64,000 nt of DNA from Pachysolen tannophilus NRRL Y-2460 (GCA_001661245.1 KV454013.1:501981-565980), one strand, 5' to 3'; counted from the first letter of the stretch, positions 47,291 through 57,441 are shown. The notes: generated from the letters alone by a model not told the origin. Made by a program: numbers and translations.

Positions 47291-48319
47291 ATGTCACTCA
47301 GTAATAATCAAGATGTTTCTTTGAATGAAAGTGGTGGTATTAATAATAATAACGACTATTCTCATGCTATGCGTCACGCCGAGGACACTACACCAGCCGC
47401 ATTATTAGAACAATTGATATACGTGGATACGTTTATGCCAGATGCTGATCCTACAACGTTAGATGAACAGTTGACAGCAGAATTAGCAGCTTTTGCTGAT
47501 GATTCGTTTATATTTCCTGATGAAGATAAACCAAAAGATCATGATGGTAATGGCAATGGATATGATTTAGGAGGTTTGGCGAAATCATCAGATCATATGA
47601 CAAATCAAAACAGCAATAAAAACAATGGGAATGATAATAATAATAATAATAATAATAATAACAGCAATAACAGCAACAACAGCAACAACAACCATGTTTT
47701 AAATAACCTTAATTTCTCAGAACAACTTCGTAATCATGATTCATTATCAAATAATAATAGTGAAAATAATAATAATAATAATTCTAATGATACAAATGCA
47801 GATGTGCTTTCACAAAGTTTGGTGACAATATTATCTTCACAAGGAAATTTCAGTAATAGTATAATAAACTCTTTATCATCAAGCTTGCTATCTGGAGTGC
47901 CCAAGGTACATGTTCCTGCTGGAGTGCAATCTACATTGGTTTCTGCAGGGTTAACACAAATACAAATAGATGCCCTTGCAGCTCTTATAGCACAGCATCA
48001 GTTAAAGAGCAACCACAATGGTGATATTTTCAACAACAATGATCTTAACGGTGGGTTTAATGCCAGTGCGGTCGATGTTTTAAGTGGCTATAGTGATAGT
48101 AGTGCTGCAAATGGTGGTGGGTTGTTAAACAATTTTACTCAACCTCTGTCCCAACAACAACAACAACAACATGTAAACCAAACAAACTTTCAGCTGCAGA
48201 GTCCTGAAAACTTACTCTCAAGTATTGTTAACTTGTTAAATAGTCAAACACATAATCAAGCACAACAAAACACGTCGTTGTCTTCTCAGGGTCAAGTTTT
48301 CGCTTTTCAACAAAAATAA
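47291..48319 (+). CDS. MET4: N-terminal activation/regulatory half of Met4, lacking the bZIP
   Basis: LLEQLIYVDTF, LDEQLTAELAAFADDSFIFPDEDKP and VPAGVQSTLVSAGLTQIQIDALAALIAQH blocks recalled from yeast Met4 proteins. Confidence 0.85.
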   Translation: MSLSNNQDVSLNESGGINNNNDYSHAMRHAEDTTPAALLEQLIYVDTFMPDADPTTLDEQLTAELAAFADDSFIFPDEDKPKDHDGNGNGYDLGGLAKSSDHMTNQNSNKNNGNDNNNNNNNNNSNNSNNSNNNHVLNNLNFSEQLRNHDSLSNNNSENNNNNNSNDTNADVLSQSLVTILSSQGNFSNSIINSLSSSLLSGVPKVHVPAGVQSTLVSAGLTQIQIDALAALIAQHQLKSNHNGDIFNNNDLNGGFNASAVDVLSGYSDSSAANGGGLLNNFTQPLSQQQQQQHVNQTNFQLQSPENLLSSIVNLLNSQTHNQAQQNTSLSSQGQVFAFQQK

Positions 48320-48356
48320 AATAGAAACTCAAATATGAAATAATAGCCAAAAAATT

Positions 48357-48534
48357 TTTTTATAAACAAATGAAAAGCTTTCAAATCTCTTATAAACTTG
48401 ATATTTCAAGAGTGAATAATTAATTATCAAGCTTTCCATCAAGAGATGAGTATTTCAATCTACCCTGTACCGTCTTGCTAAGTAAAGATAGTGTGGCACA
48501 CTAAAGAAAATTTTGCATTTGACATTTCACGTGA
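48357..48534 (-). promoter_or_regulatory. Sulfur-regulon-type promoter: Cbf1 site, Met31/32-like core, TATA-like box
   Basis: TCACGTGA 48527-48534; TGTGGC 48492-48497; TATAAAAA on the minus strand 48364-48357. Confidence 0.6.
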
Positions 48535-48732
48535 TATGGTACCATTGCGGATCAGTTTGCCTAAAGAAGAATATTGCTGTTGTGGAACACTACTTTATAT
48601 ATGTATTTTTTTTTTATTTCTGATCACCGCTTGGGTTCAGCCCGCAGCTCTTTCCGCAGGGCCGTTCGGTAGAGCGCCCGCTTCTGTTCCCTGCTAAAAG
48701 CGATGGCGGCCCGAGGGCAGAGCGATGGGTAT

Positions 48733-48773
48733 AGTAGTTAAGTAGTAGTAGCAGTAGTAGTAGTAGTAGTAGC

Positions 48774-48803
<30 letters not shown>
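48733..48803. repeat. (GTA)n microsatellite
   Basis: Tandem agt/gta units with a few gca variants. Confidence 0.9.
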
Positions 48804-48804
<1 letters not shown>

Positions 48805-48997
48805 TTTAAATTATTGTCTTAGACAAAAATTATATAAAATGATAACTGAAATCAATAAGCCAAGAGAAAACGCAAAGATGAATATATAGATCCTGTGTAA
48901 AAACACAGTACGTAATTAAAAGAAAAAAAGAAAATAAATATATAAATTATCAGTTAATAGATTAAAAATTAAATCTAATTTCCTCTTGTGTGTAACC

Positions 48998-50635
48998 CTA
49001 GTTCTTTGGTTTAGGGCTTATGCGCTTGAGTTGATCAACATAGTTTGCAGTATCTTCTGCTCTTCTTCTACCATCGACGTACAGCATCATTTCACCATAG
49101 GATTCAGGGAAAACTGAACAGTAGCCTGGATTATCGTACGCAACATGGTCTCTAGGAACGAAAAATGAATAGACAAAAGTACCACTCTCTGTAAGTTTCT
49201 TGCTGTCCAAGGTTCTAATGCCAGTATCCACTTGTACCTGAACTAAAGTTCCAGGTGACGATAAGAAATCTTTTTCATCTGTTGAGAGTCTATTTGCTGA
49301 CGGCAAGTCAAAATCTCCCAATTCTTTAATTTTCTTTACAGATTCAGCTGCTTCATCACTTTCATGAATATGTTCAGTATAACATACTGAGGCCTTCATA
49401 TATAATACAGATCCAACAGGTACTGGTGCTTTGAAAGTCGTTGAATCCAAAGAGACAAATCTTGGTGGAGCTCTTGCAAAAGCAGCAGAAGTACAATAAG
49501 CTAATTCAAACGTTTGACGTAACAAGTAACCACCAAATATCATATAAGAATGTCTATTTCTATATTGTGGTTGCATGAAAAGTGTTGAATAACTATAAGT
49601 ATCTTTCATAAGAATTAAATTCTGAGGTTTTTCTGGGCCCAATTTTTCAATACTCTTAGAACTTATCCACATCTTGTGAATTAATTTAGATTCTTCATTT
49701 GTTGGAGGGACTTTATCTAAAGTTTCCAATTTTGCTCTCAATTTCTTTGATGCATTATGAGATTCTGCTCTTCTGTAATCAATCCATTCAGGTTCAGTTA
49801 CAGGTAAAAGACGATTAATTGGGAAAGATTTATGTGTCTCTGGGTTACGAGCAACAAATGTAAAATTTGCTGTTAAAAAACAATTATCCAGAGGTAAATC
49901 TGATTCTTTAAAATTTTCTGGTAATTTACTTTCAAAAGCATAACCTTTAACTGAAATTTCCATCGATGACCTACCTGTCCAAGTAACACTTCCAGCCAAT
50001 AAGAAATTATAATTTTCAATTTCATCAACTTTCTTAACCATATAGATTCTATCAACAGATGCAGTAACATTAACTGGTTCAGCAGGAGCACAATGTCTAT
50101 ACGCAATTCTTCCAGCTAAGGCATCCAAATCTTGGAATAATTGACCAACTCTTAATCTACCAAAAGCATTAATATATCCATCCCTCAACATGGGATCATC
50201 TTTAAACGGTAAATTCAAATAACAAAAAGAATCCAGTCTAGTTTTTTCTCCAATAACATAAGTCTTTGAAGTTCTATATGCATAAGAATCTAAAGTCTTT
50301 CCCTGAGCTAATTGTATCTCTCTTTCTTTCAACGCCTCTAACCATGTAACTTTATTTGGTGGTGTCTTGTGTTCTTGCATAGATTGAAATAATGTTCTTT
50401 GTGGTTCCATACTTTCTGCTAATATAGTCGCAGTAGCATCAGCTGCCTCTGAAGCATCATTCGAACCAGGTTGAGTATCTGGTCTATGGAAATTTTTTGG
50501 CTTCTCTTTAATCTCGCTATCAGCATCTTTAGAAGGTGTTGATATAGTAGAATTAAACCTCGATAAATAATAACCCGAATAAGAACTACGCATCAATCTT
50601 TGAGCATTCTGGCTCAAAAATGTAGTTCTTAACAT
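48998..50635 (-). CDS. Mitochondrial double-hotdog acyl-CoA thioesterase (ACOT9-like)
   Basis: GRLRVGQLFQDLDALAG, VTASVDRI, VTWTGRSSMEI, IFGGYLLRQTFELAY, FKAPVPVGS. Confidence 0.88.
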   Translation of the reverse strand: MLRTTFLSQNAQRLMRSSYSGYYLSRFNSTISTPSKDADSEIKEKPKNFHRPDTQPGSNDASEAADATATILAESMEPQRTLFQSMQEHKTPPNKVTWLEALKEREIQLAQGKTLDSYAYRTSKTYVIGEKTRLDSFCYLNLPFKDDPMLRDGYINAFGRLRVGQLFQDLDALAGRIAYRHCAPAEPVNVTASVDRIYMVKKVDEIENYNFLLAGSVTWTGRSSMEISVKGYAFESKLPENFKESDLPLDNCFLTANFTFVARNPETHKSFPINRLLPVTEPEWIDYRRAESHNASKKLRAKLETLDKVPPTNEESKLIHKMWISSKSIEKLGPEKPQNLILMKDTYSYSTLFMQPQYRNRHSYMIFGGYLLRQTFELAYCTSAAFARAPPRFVSLDSTTFKAPVPVGSVLYMKASVCYTEHIHESDEAAESVKKIKELGDFDLPSANRLSTDEKDFLSSPGTLVQVQVDTGIRTLDSKKLTESGTFVYSFFVPRDHVAYDNPGYCSVFPESYGEMMLYVDGRRRAEDTANYVDQLKRISPKPKN

Positions 50636-51151
50636 GACTAACTTTAGTTCAACAAACAAACCTTTATCTATCTATCTATCTATAATATATATATATAAAT
50701 AGAGAGAGATAAAAAGATCTTATTTCTTAATAAATTAACAAATATATTATATATTTATTCTTAATCCTACTCAGCTCATCAAAGAATTTTAATCGGTCCT
50801 CGGTCACCGTGTATCTTTTCGCCGGCAGGTTTTCCGGGTGCGAGATATCCAAACGGTCAATAATCATAAATACCCCTCAAGTATATGGAGTATTAAATAC
50901 AACGATGCCATCAAGTGGTTATCAAGAGATTATCAAGATATTGGCCATTGGGTTAGAGATTAAGGGTATCCTTTCCTGTATTAATTCTTTGATTTGAAAA
51001 GAGAAAAAAAAAAAAAATAAGAAGAAGAAGAATAAAAATGTAAAATAAAATAAAATTAAAAAGTAAACTCCAAATAACTAAACTAATAAGTACAAAGCTA
51101 AAAACTAAAAACAATGAAAACAAAAAGATCAAAACATCAGTCTAAAATAAT

Positions 51152-53956
51152 TCAATTATCGGCGTTTTCTATTTCGCCCTCGTTGGATACTCTGTCGTCT
51201 CCAAAATTTGGTTCGTGACTGGAAGTACGTCCTCTATGGCTAAATTCTACCAAGCGTGCTTTTGCTGTTGTAGAGATTGCCGATATTCCTCCTGATAAAT
51301 CTGTGTATCGACTTGAATCCAGCCATGATTCTGATGTAGTGTTGATATTGGTGGTGCTGTTATTGTGAATTGTGTCTGGGTTACTCAGGTTTCTGAGAGA
51401 AGCATTTGCTGGGGATTCGAAATTAAATCCACCTTCTTCTGTACCGGTTCTATTAGCTGTTGCTGAGAATGTATTTTCATTAACATGATCCCATCTTAAA
51501 TCACCATTGGAGGTTTGTGTTGGTCTGAATTCATCTCCTATTGATGTGCCATCTGAAGAAAATGCATTTGTTGATGTTGAAGTAGACATATCATTTGCAG
51601 ATGTGGAATGTCCTATATCATTTTTAGAGGCTCCATTGCTGTTATAATAGTTATCTTGTAAAGAAAAATGTTCAGGTCCTAATGATCTTGGATGATGTTC
51701 TTCATGTAAGATATCTAAATTTTTAGGTGCTTGGAAATATCTTGAAGAAGATCTGTTATTATAATTACTATTGTTATCGACAATTCTTGGTTCAACTAAT
51801 GAATTTTCACTTTTAGGATTATTCATTGATATCACATTGTTGTCGCTATCCAATCTTTGGAAATTACCACTTCCTGAATCTTTTGTTAATACAGAGGATG
51901 TCGTAGATCCCAACATATCTCCCGATTTTCTATATGCTAATATATTTGATTGTTGAGATTTTCTTTTGAAATCATCATCTACCACTCTCACACTGTACAA
52001 TTCATTTGTCGCCACAGTAGCTATTGAGTTGAGAGAATTTCTTGATTTCCATAGCTCATCATTTCTTCTCCAAGATCTACGAGGAATTTCGTGTTTATTA
52101 CCATTGCCATCATGATGATGATCATGAACCAACAGATCAGAGCTATATGTCTGCATTGCATCTTGATATATGGAAGAATCTTCAATGTTTGTAGATCCTG
52201 ATTCATCGCTCTCACTTCCATAATCTAATTTCTCCAAATTTAAAACATTCAATGCTGATAGTCTCTTGGCATCTTCATCTGCATCATCTTCAACATCAGT
52301 GATGCTACGTGTAGCTGATCTGTTATTTGGATTGTTCGAAGGATTACCCAAAATTGGTCCAGAAATTGATTTTGGTGATTTTTCTTGATCCAGATCTGAG
52401 TCTCTGCGACGTTTCCAATAGCAAAAATAAAATACAAGCAGAATAATAGTAAGTGTAACAACTGGAACTACTACTCCAACCGCAATAGCAACTGTTTTCT
52501 TCTTGTTGCTGGAAGCAGATTTGCTAGAATCCAAATTTCCTGCTGCTGTAGTAGATGACGAATTACCTGTAGTAGCGGTTGCTGATGAAGTTTTTGAAGA
52601 ACTTTGAGAACTAGTAGCAGCTGAAGATGATGACAGTGACGGTGAGCTTGAAGTTTTAGACTTCAGTACGCCTGAGATCTCAAAAGAGAGTGAATCAGTT
52701 AAACTTCCTCTAGTTGCTGTAATTTCAACCTCAAGGCTATCCAAGTCGGTTGGAGTGGATCCAGTAAAGGTCAAATTTGAAGTATGAAAATCTAACCAAC
52801 TAGTTTCATTACCATCAAAGCTAGCTGATAAATCTGTATTATTTAAGTCTGTGAAATCTGTCTTTGGTAGCGTATATTCAAAATATTCGCCTCTTGTAGC
52901 GTTAACATCAGATAGATCACTGACTGTAAATAAGGAATCTTCAACATCTAATTTGAATTGTATGGCAATAGTATTTCCAAATACATCTTCTATTGTGATA
53001 TTGAAATAATCAACTTCGTCATCATCTGCAGTGTCCGGAATTGTTCCTGATAAAAATTCTTCATCTAATGATAACCATGAAGGAGCACCTTCTAAAGTCA
53101 AAGAAGAAATATTAGATGAAGAGATTTCTTTACCATCTAAGTAAACATCTGATAATGGCAACGTGTAATTGACTGTCTCATCTACGGTTCCATTCAACAC
53201 AATAGTACTTGATAAGCTCGTACTTAATTGGTGAGCACCAACAATTAATTTAAAAGTACCAATACATCCGGAAAAGTCAACGTAATCAGTAGCAATCAAT
53301 AAAAATCCATATTCAAAACTTGGTGCAATATCAGAGTTAACTGCAGGTGCAGTTCCTGAAAATGTTAAAGTATCGGAATCAAATTGGATCCAACTTGGCA
53401 ACGGAGTTGCATCTGATGATCTTCCGTAATATGCAACGATAGAGTTACTCGAATCTGAAGGAACTTCGAATATACTCATTGAGAAATTAAGATTGAAAGT
53501 TTGACCTGGTGCAAGAACCAATCCATCGTAACCATTTGTATCTCCAAAAGACGATAGTTCGGTGAATATAATATCAGATGATTTCAACTCAGGTGCTGGA
53601 TCTGTGGAAACAACTAATGTATAGTCTTCAGATATATTACCAGTAGAATCGTAACCAATAAGTGTTATGGTAAGATTATCGGTTGCATCTGAAGTTGAAG
53701 GAGTTCCTAAAAAAGTTCTACTTGAACTATCAAATGAGAGCCAGCTTGGTAAGTCAGACGCATCAAATGTAACAGTACTGTCATTCGATAAAAAAGTTTC
53801 GTTGCTTATTGTGAAAGAGTAACTCTCTTCAGTTCTTGCTACTAATGGTAATTGCTCATCAAAGGGAAACCCGACATAAGGAGTAGCTATGACCAATAAA
53901 GAGTTCAAGTACAACAACGCTATTGTCGGAAGATACGAGAAATTATTTATTTTCAT
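51152..53956 (-). CDS. AXL2: Axial budding membrane glycoprotein (cadherin-like repeats)
   Basis: Signal peptide, PYVGFPFDEQLPLVAR, LPSWLSFDSSSRTF repeats, Ser/Thr stalk, TM VAIAVGVVVPV, KSISGP. Confidence 0.94.
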   Translation of the reverse strand: MKINNFSYLPTIALLYLNSLLVIATPYVGFPFDEQLPLVARTEESYSFTISNETFLSNDSTVTFDASDLPSWLSFDSSSRTFLGTPSTSDATDNLTITLIGYDSTGNISEDYTLVVSTDPAPELKSSDIIFTELSSFGDTNGYDGLVLAPGQTFNLNFSMSIFEVPSDSSNSIVAYYGRSSDATPLPSWIQFDSDTLTFSGTAPAVNSDIAPSFEYGFLLIATDYVDFSGCIGTFKLIVGAHQLSTSLSSTIVLNGTVDETVNYTLPLSDVYLDGKEISSSNISSLTLEGAPSWLSLDEEFLSGTIPDTADDDEVDYFNITIEDVFGNTIAIQFKLDVEDSLFTVSDLSDVNATRGEYFEYTLPKTDFTDLNNTDLSASFDGNETSWLDFHTSNLTFTGSTPTDLDSLEVEITATRGSLTDSLSFEISGVLKSKTSSSPSLSSSSAATSSQSSSKTSSATATTGNSSSTTAAGNLDSSKSASSNKKKTVAIAVGVVVPVVTLTIILLVFYFCYWKRRRDSDLDQEKSPKSISGPILGNPSNNPNNRSATRSITDVEDDADEDAKRLSALNVLNLEKLDYGSESDESGSTNIEDSSIYQDAMQTYSSDLLVHDHHHDGNGNKHEIPRRSWRRNDELWKSRNSLNSIATVATNELYSVRVVDDDFKRKSQQSNILAYRKSGDMLGSTTSSVLTKDSGSGNFQRLDSDNNVISMNNPKSENSLVEPRIVDNNSNYNNRSSSRYFQAPKNLDILHEEHHPRSLGPEHFSLQDNYYNSNGASKNDIGHSTSANDMSTSTSTNAFSSDGTSIGDEFRPTQTSNGDLRWDHVNENTFSATANRTGTEEGGFNFESPANASLRNLSNPDTIHNNSTTNINTTSESWLDSSRYTDLSGGISAISTTAKARLVEFSHRGRTSSHEPNFGDDRVSNEGEIENADN

Positions 53957-54463
53957 TTCACCGCTATATCTCCCTCACTCTCTACTTTGCTGCTTCTAAT
54001 CAACTTTCTTCTTGGTTGCCTTTCCTTTGATCAAATTTTGTTTTTTTTGCCTTTTTTCGTTTCTTGTTTTTATTAAGACTGATAGAAGTAAATCAAATGG
54101 CGAATTCTTGATATATAACGATATTGCTTTCTTCTTTTAGTTTTTCTTCTTGAATATTTTTTATAAAACTGAAGCTGAATACTAAGATATAAATTCGAAA
54201 TACAACACAAGAATTAAAATAAAACCCAATTAATTAATTAACTTCCCCTAAATGACTATATAAGCTATTTTCAACGAACCATAAACAACTACAATGAATT
54301 ACAAAGACCTACGCACGAACAAGGGTTTAAAGTTCAATTAAGATATACCTATTAAATTTCATTGTAAAACACGATATATTTGATGAAAAAAGGAAATACA
54401 CTATATTTTTTTTGTAAACACTACAGCTTTATCCATTGTTTTAAACGTCACCCTTGCATAAAC

Positions 54464-54656
54464 ACGCGTAAAAAGAAAACTTTTTTTTATTTTTCACGCG
54501 ATGCTCTTTTTTCAAATGTTTAATACCCTTCAAATGTTTAATACCGTACACATTCTCTATCAGACAAACTAGACATTTTGAAAAAAAAAAAAAATTGTAT
54601 GCAGTTAATATCTTTTTTTGCTTTGCTGAAAGGGATCTCATTAATTCCTAATGCGG
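54464..54656. promoter_or_regulatory. MCB-like elements and a possible Mcm1 site upstream of AXL2
   Basis: ACGCGT 54464-54469, ACGCGA 54496-54501, CC-TAATGC-GG 54647-54656. Confidence 0.5.
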
Positions 54657-54841
54657 TTTTAGAAAGTAGATCATTTATTATAAATAAATAAAAAAAAGTA
54701 AAAAAAAATATAAAAATTAAGCTATAAAGTGTTTAGGGAACCATAGAAAAAAAACAACCAATAGATAAATAAATAAATAAAAAAGGAGCTGTGAAGACGG
54801 AAAAATATAAGAAAAGCTATTTAGTGAGTATTTTGCTTCAT

Positions 54842-56179
54842 TCAGTTTTCTTTTGCGGCTGGTAACTGTATAGTTACTGATTTATCATTAAGCCTATGTG
54901 TAGTTGTGGCTATAAACGTAGAATCATTTTGATTATCATTTTCTGACCTAAGATGTGCTTCTTGCCACCAGCTACTATTTTTTATCTCTTGTTCTAAATC
55001 GATAGATCCCCCACTTGAAAATAATTCGTTTTCTGATGAACTATCAATTTCGTGAGCTTGTACAGAAGTGGGTGTTTGTTTATCATCACTTGGTGAATTG
55101 CCTCTGTTTTCAGTGTCACTCATATTCTTATATTTTTCTGGATAAAGCGAATAAGACATGTTTGTCTTTGTATAACCTTTCTCTATCTCGCCAATGGATG
55201 ATGCGTATAATGTTGAGCCTCCACCATTACTGGTTGGACAAGATGCTGCAGAAGATGACAGTCCTGAGTGAGATTTTTCAAGAAATGGTGTTTGAGTAGT
55301 AATCGTTGGAACATTACTTGAATTATTTGCTGAAGAAGCCCACATTGACGATAAGGGTAATTGTAAAGTTACCAATAATATTGAGACAGCAGTTAAACGT
55401 GAATGAGCAAGATTTTTTGTGCTATGACTTACCATTACAACCACCGCTGGAATTATCATTGTTTGACTTGACATTATAAATAAAATGTGTAAGGTTCCAA
55501 ATTGTTTAAGACCCAAATAACGTCTTGATCTAATTGCTAACCCTAACTTAATGACTAAGATAAGACAACTGTAAACGACTGAAGCTGAAAAGATATACAT
55601 TGGGTAATTAGATAAAACTACTCCAACACTCACATCACTATAAAGTGAAATTATAGAACGAACACATGCAGCAAAATAAAAGCCTAAAGTTGTTAAACCT
55701 AATGCAGCAGAAGTTAAAGTAAGTAATAATCCAATTTTGCGAACTTCTGGTGATTTGAAAACAACTCTAACTTGAAACGTTAATGAACTCTCAATACATG
55801 CAATAAGTAAGACTTGTAATATATCCGCACAAATACTGGTTCTATAATCATCTCCTGTTAAGTTTCCAAATGAAGTAAAATAATATGTAGCAGAATTAAA
55901 ACCACCAAGAAGAAAATGGATATAAAGTGATGAATGCATTATAAGGAAAAACAACGACAATTCATTTAATATGAAAACTGGTGTTTTACGATTCTTTGTT
56001 AATAATCTCAAGATTAAAAACATTAATCCTGCACAACCAACTCTGCAACCATAAATCACTGCAAGACTAATATTTGAAGAAACAAAAGATTCAATATCTT
56101 TAAATGTTATTTCTGTTTCCCCATACAGGGAAATAAAAGATAATTCTTGTGTTTCCGGGTCAAAACTTGATGAACTCAT
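54842..56179 (-). CDS. STE2: Alpha-factor pheromone receptor (fungal class D GPCR)
   Basis: Seven TM segments; RKTPVFILN, AIRSRRYLGLKQF, HILFIMSSQT, LPLSSMWA. Confidence 0.96.
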   Translation of the reverse strand: MSSSSFDPETQELSFISLYGETEITFKDIESFVSSNISLAVIYGCRVGCAGLMFLILRLLTKNRKTPVFILNELSLFFLIMHSSLYIHFLLGGFNSATYYFTSFGNLTGDDYRTSICADILQVLLIACIESSLTFQVRVVFKSPEVRKIGLLLTLTSAALGLTTLGFYFAACVRSIISLYSDVSVGVVLSNYPMYIFSASVVYSCLILVIKLGLAIRSRRYLGLKQFGTLHILFIMSSQTMIIPAVVVMVSHSTKNLAHSRLTAVSILLVTLQLPLSSMWASSANNSSNVPTITTQTPFLEKSHSGLSSSAASCPTSNGGGSTLYASSIGEIEKGYTKTNMSYSLYPEKYKNMSDTENRGNSPSDDKQTPTSVQAHEIDSSSENELFSSGGSIDLEQEIKNSSWWQEAHLRSENDNQNDSTFIATTTHRLNDKSVTIQLPAAKEN

Positions 56180-56641
56180 TTCAAAATAAATACCTGTATA
56201 AATATTATATTATGATTATTAAATAGTAGATGAAACCCAAGTTTGAATGAATGGCAAAGAAAGTTGCTTTTATAACAACTTGTTATTAATAGCTTCTTCT
56301 GATTTTGGATTATGAAACAATTTAGCAGTAGATAATAAATCTATTTTCAATGTCCTGAGATAACGACAAAAGCTTAATTTTCTATATGCCAAAAAAAAAA
56401 AAAAAGAACAAACAAAAAACAAAGAAATAAATTAAAACAAATGAAAAAAACAAAACTTCAAGCTTAAAGATTTGTATCAAAACTCATTTTATAATACCTG
56501 TATACTAACTAGCATACTTAGGTCTCATTAAGATATAGATCTATAGCCACAAAAACTGAAAGATTTGAAACTATGAAAGGTATTGATATTAATCTTTGAT
56601 TATGCAAATAAAGAAGTATAAAATCTGCATCATCAATGAAA

Positions 56642-56665
56642 TTTCCTTTTTAGGCCATTACAATG
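56642..56665 (-). promoter_or_regulatory. a-specific gene operator (MATa2 + Mcm1) upstream of STE2
   Basis: Minus strand CATTGTA-ATGG-CC-TAAAAA-GG-AAA; pheromone response element TGAAACA also at 56313-56319. Confidence 0.65.
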
Positions 56666-56970
56666 GATTATAAAAACACATCAAAAAAAAAATCAAAAAA
56701 ATCAAAGTTACAAAGTAACAAAAGTTAGGAAGTTACCACTGTACAACAATACAAGTACCTTCACTATATACAACTGCTATTATTACTACACTACAGTATC
56801 ATGTCGATAAAAATAACAAACCTAAAAAAAACTAGAAACGTTTATTTTAAACTATTAAAAAAAAAAAAAAAAAATTCTTTTTTTGATTATTATTATTTAA
56901 TTGGTCGACAAACAATCATAGCAACACCAACTACAAATCACTAATTGATTTCAAAAGAAATCAAATAGTA

Positions 56971-57336
56971 ACTTGTCAGACAGCCATTTGTACCCACCCA
57001 GATTACATCCCTTCACGAAGAAGTACATATAACGGGTCAAGATCATCGCGCCTTTTCATCTGAAAACCACAAAAAGTGGATTCAGAATTATAAAAGGCAA
57101 AAATATAAAATTGCAGATGACCAGACCACTAAGGATCATGGACAAGCTAAAAATTAATTTCTCACTCTAGGGTACAAAGGTATCTACCTCATCAACCAAG
57201 TTGGATTCAGTGGCTCTTTTGAAGAGTCAAAGAGGGACGTGACCTATAGAAATGATCCTACTATTATGGGTGTTAGTAAAAATGACTTTAAAAATGTTCC
57301 AATTGCTATATTCATTACTTACTGAAGTACGTCGAC
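56971..57336 (-). ncRNA. SNR17: U3 snoRNA with a spliceosomal intron (exon 1 57336-57323, exon 2 57260-56971)
   Basis: 5' GTCGACGTACTTCA|TAGGATCATTTCTATAGG (box A'/A); CTCTTCAAAAGAGCCACTGAATCCAACTTGGTTGATGAG; AGAGTGAG box B; CGATGA box C; 3' GGGTGGGTACAAATGGCTGTCTGACAAGT with box D; closely matches yeast U3 as recalled. Confidence 0.97.
57261..57322 (-). other. U3 snoRNA intron (62 nt)
   Basis: GTAAGT, TACTAAC (57278-57272), TAG. Confidence 0.95.
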
Positions 57337-57380
57337 AAAGAAAAGAAAAAAAAAAATAAATCAAATTGTAGGAAGAATTG

Positions 57381-57441
57381 CTCTTTTTATATGCTTCATC
57401 AGGGTGAAAATTTTTTCTTCTCACAAGATGCGTTTACCCGG
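57381..57441. promoter_or_regulatory. U3 promoter: TATA, RRPE, Reb1 site
   Basis: TATAAAAA on the minus strand near 57391-57384; TGAAAATTTTTT from 57405; TTACCCGG 57434-57441. Confidence 0.65.
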
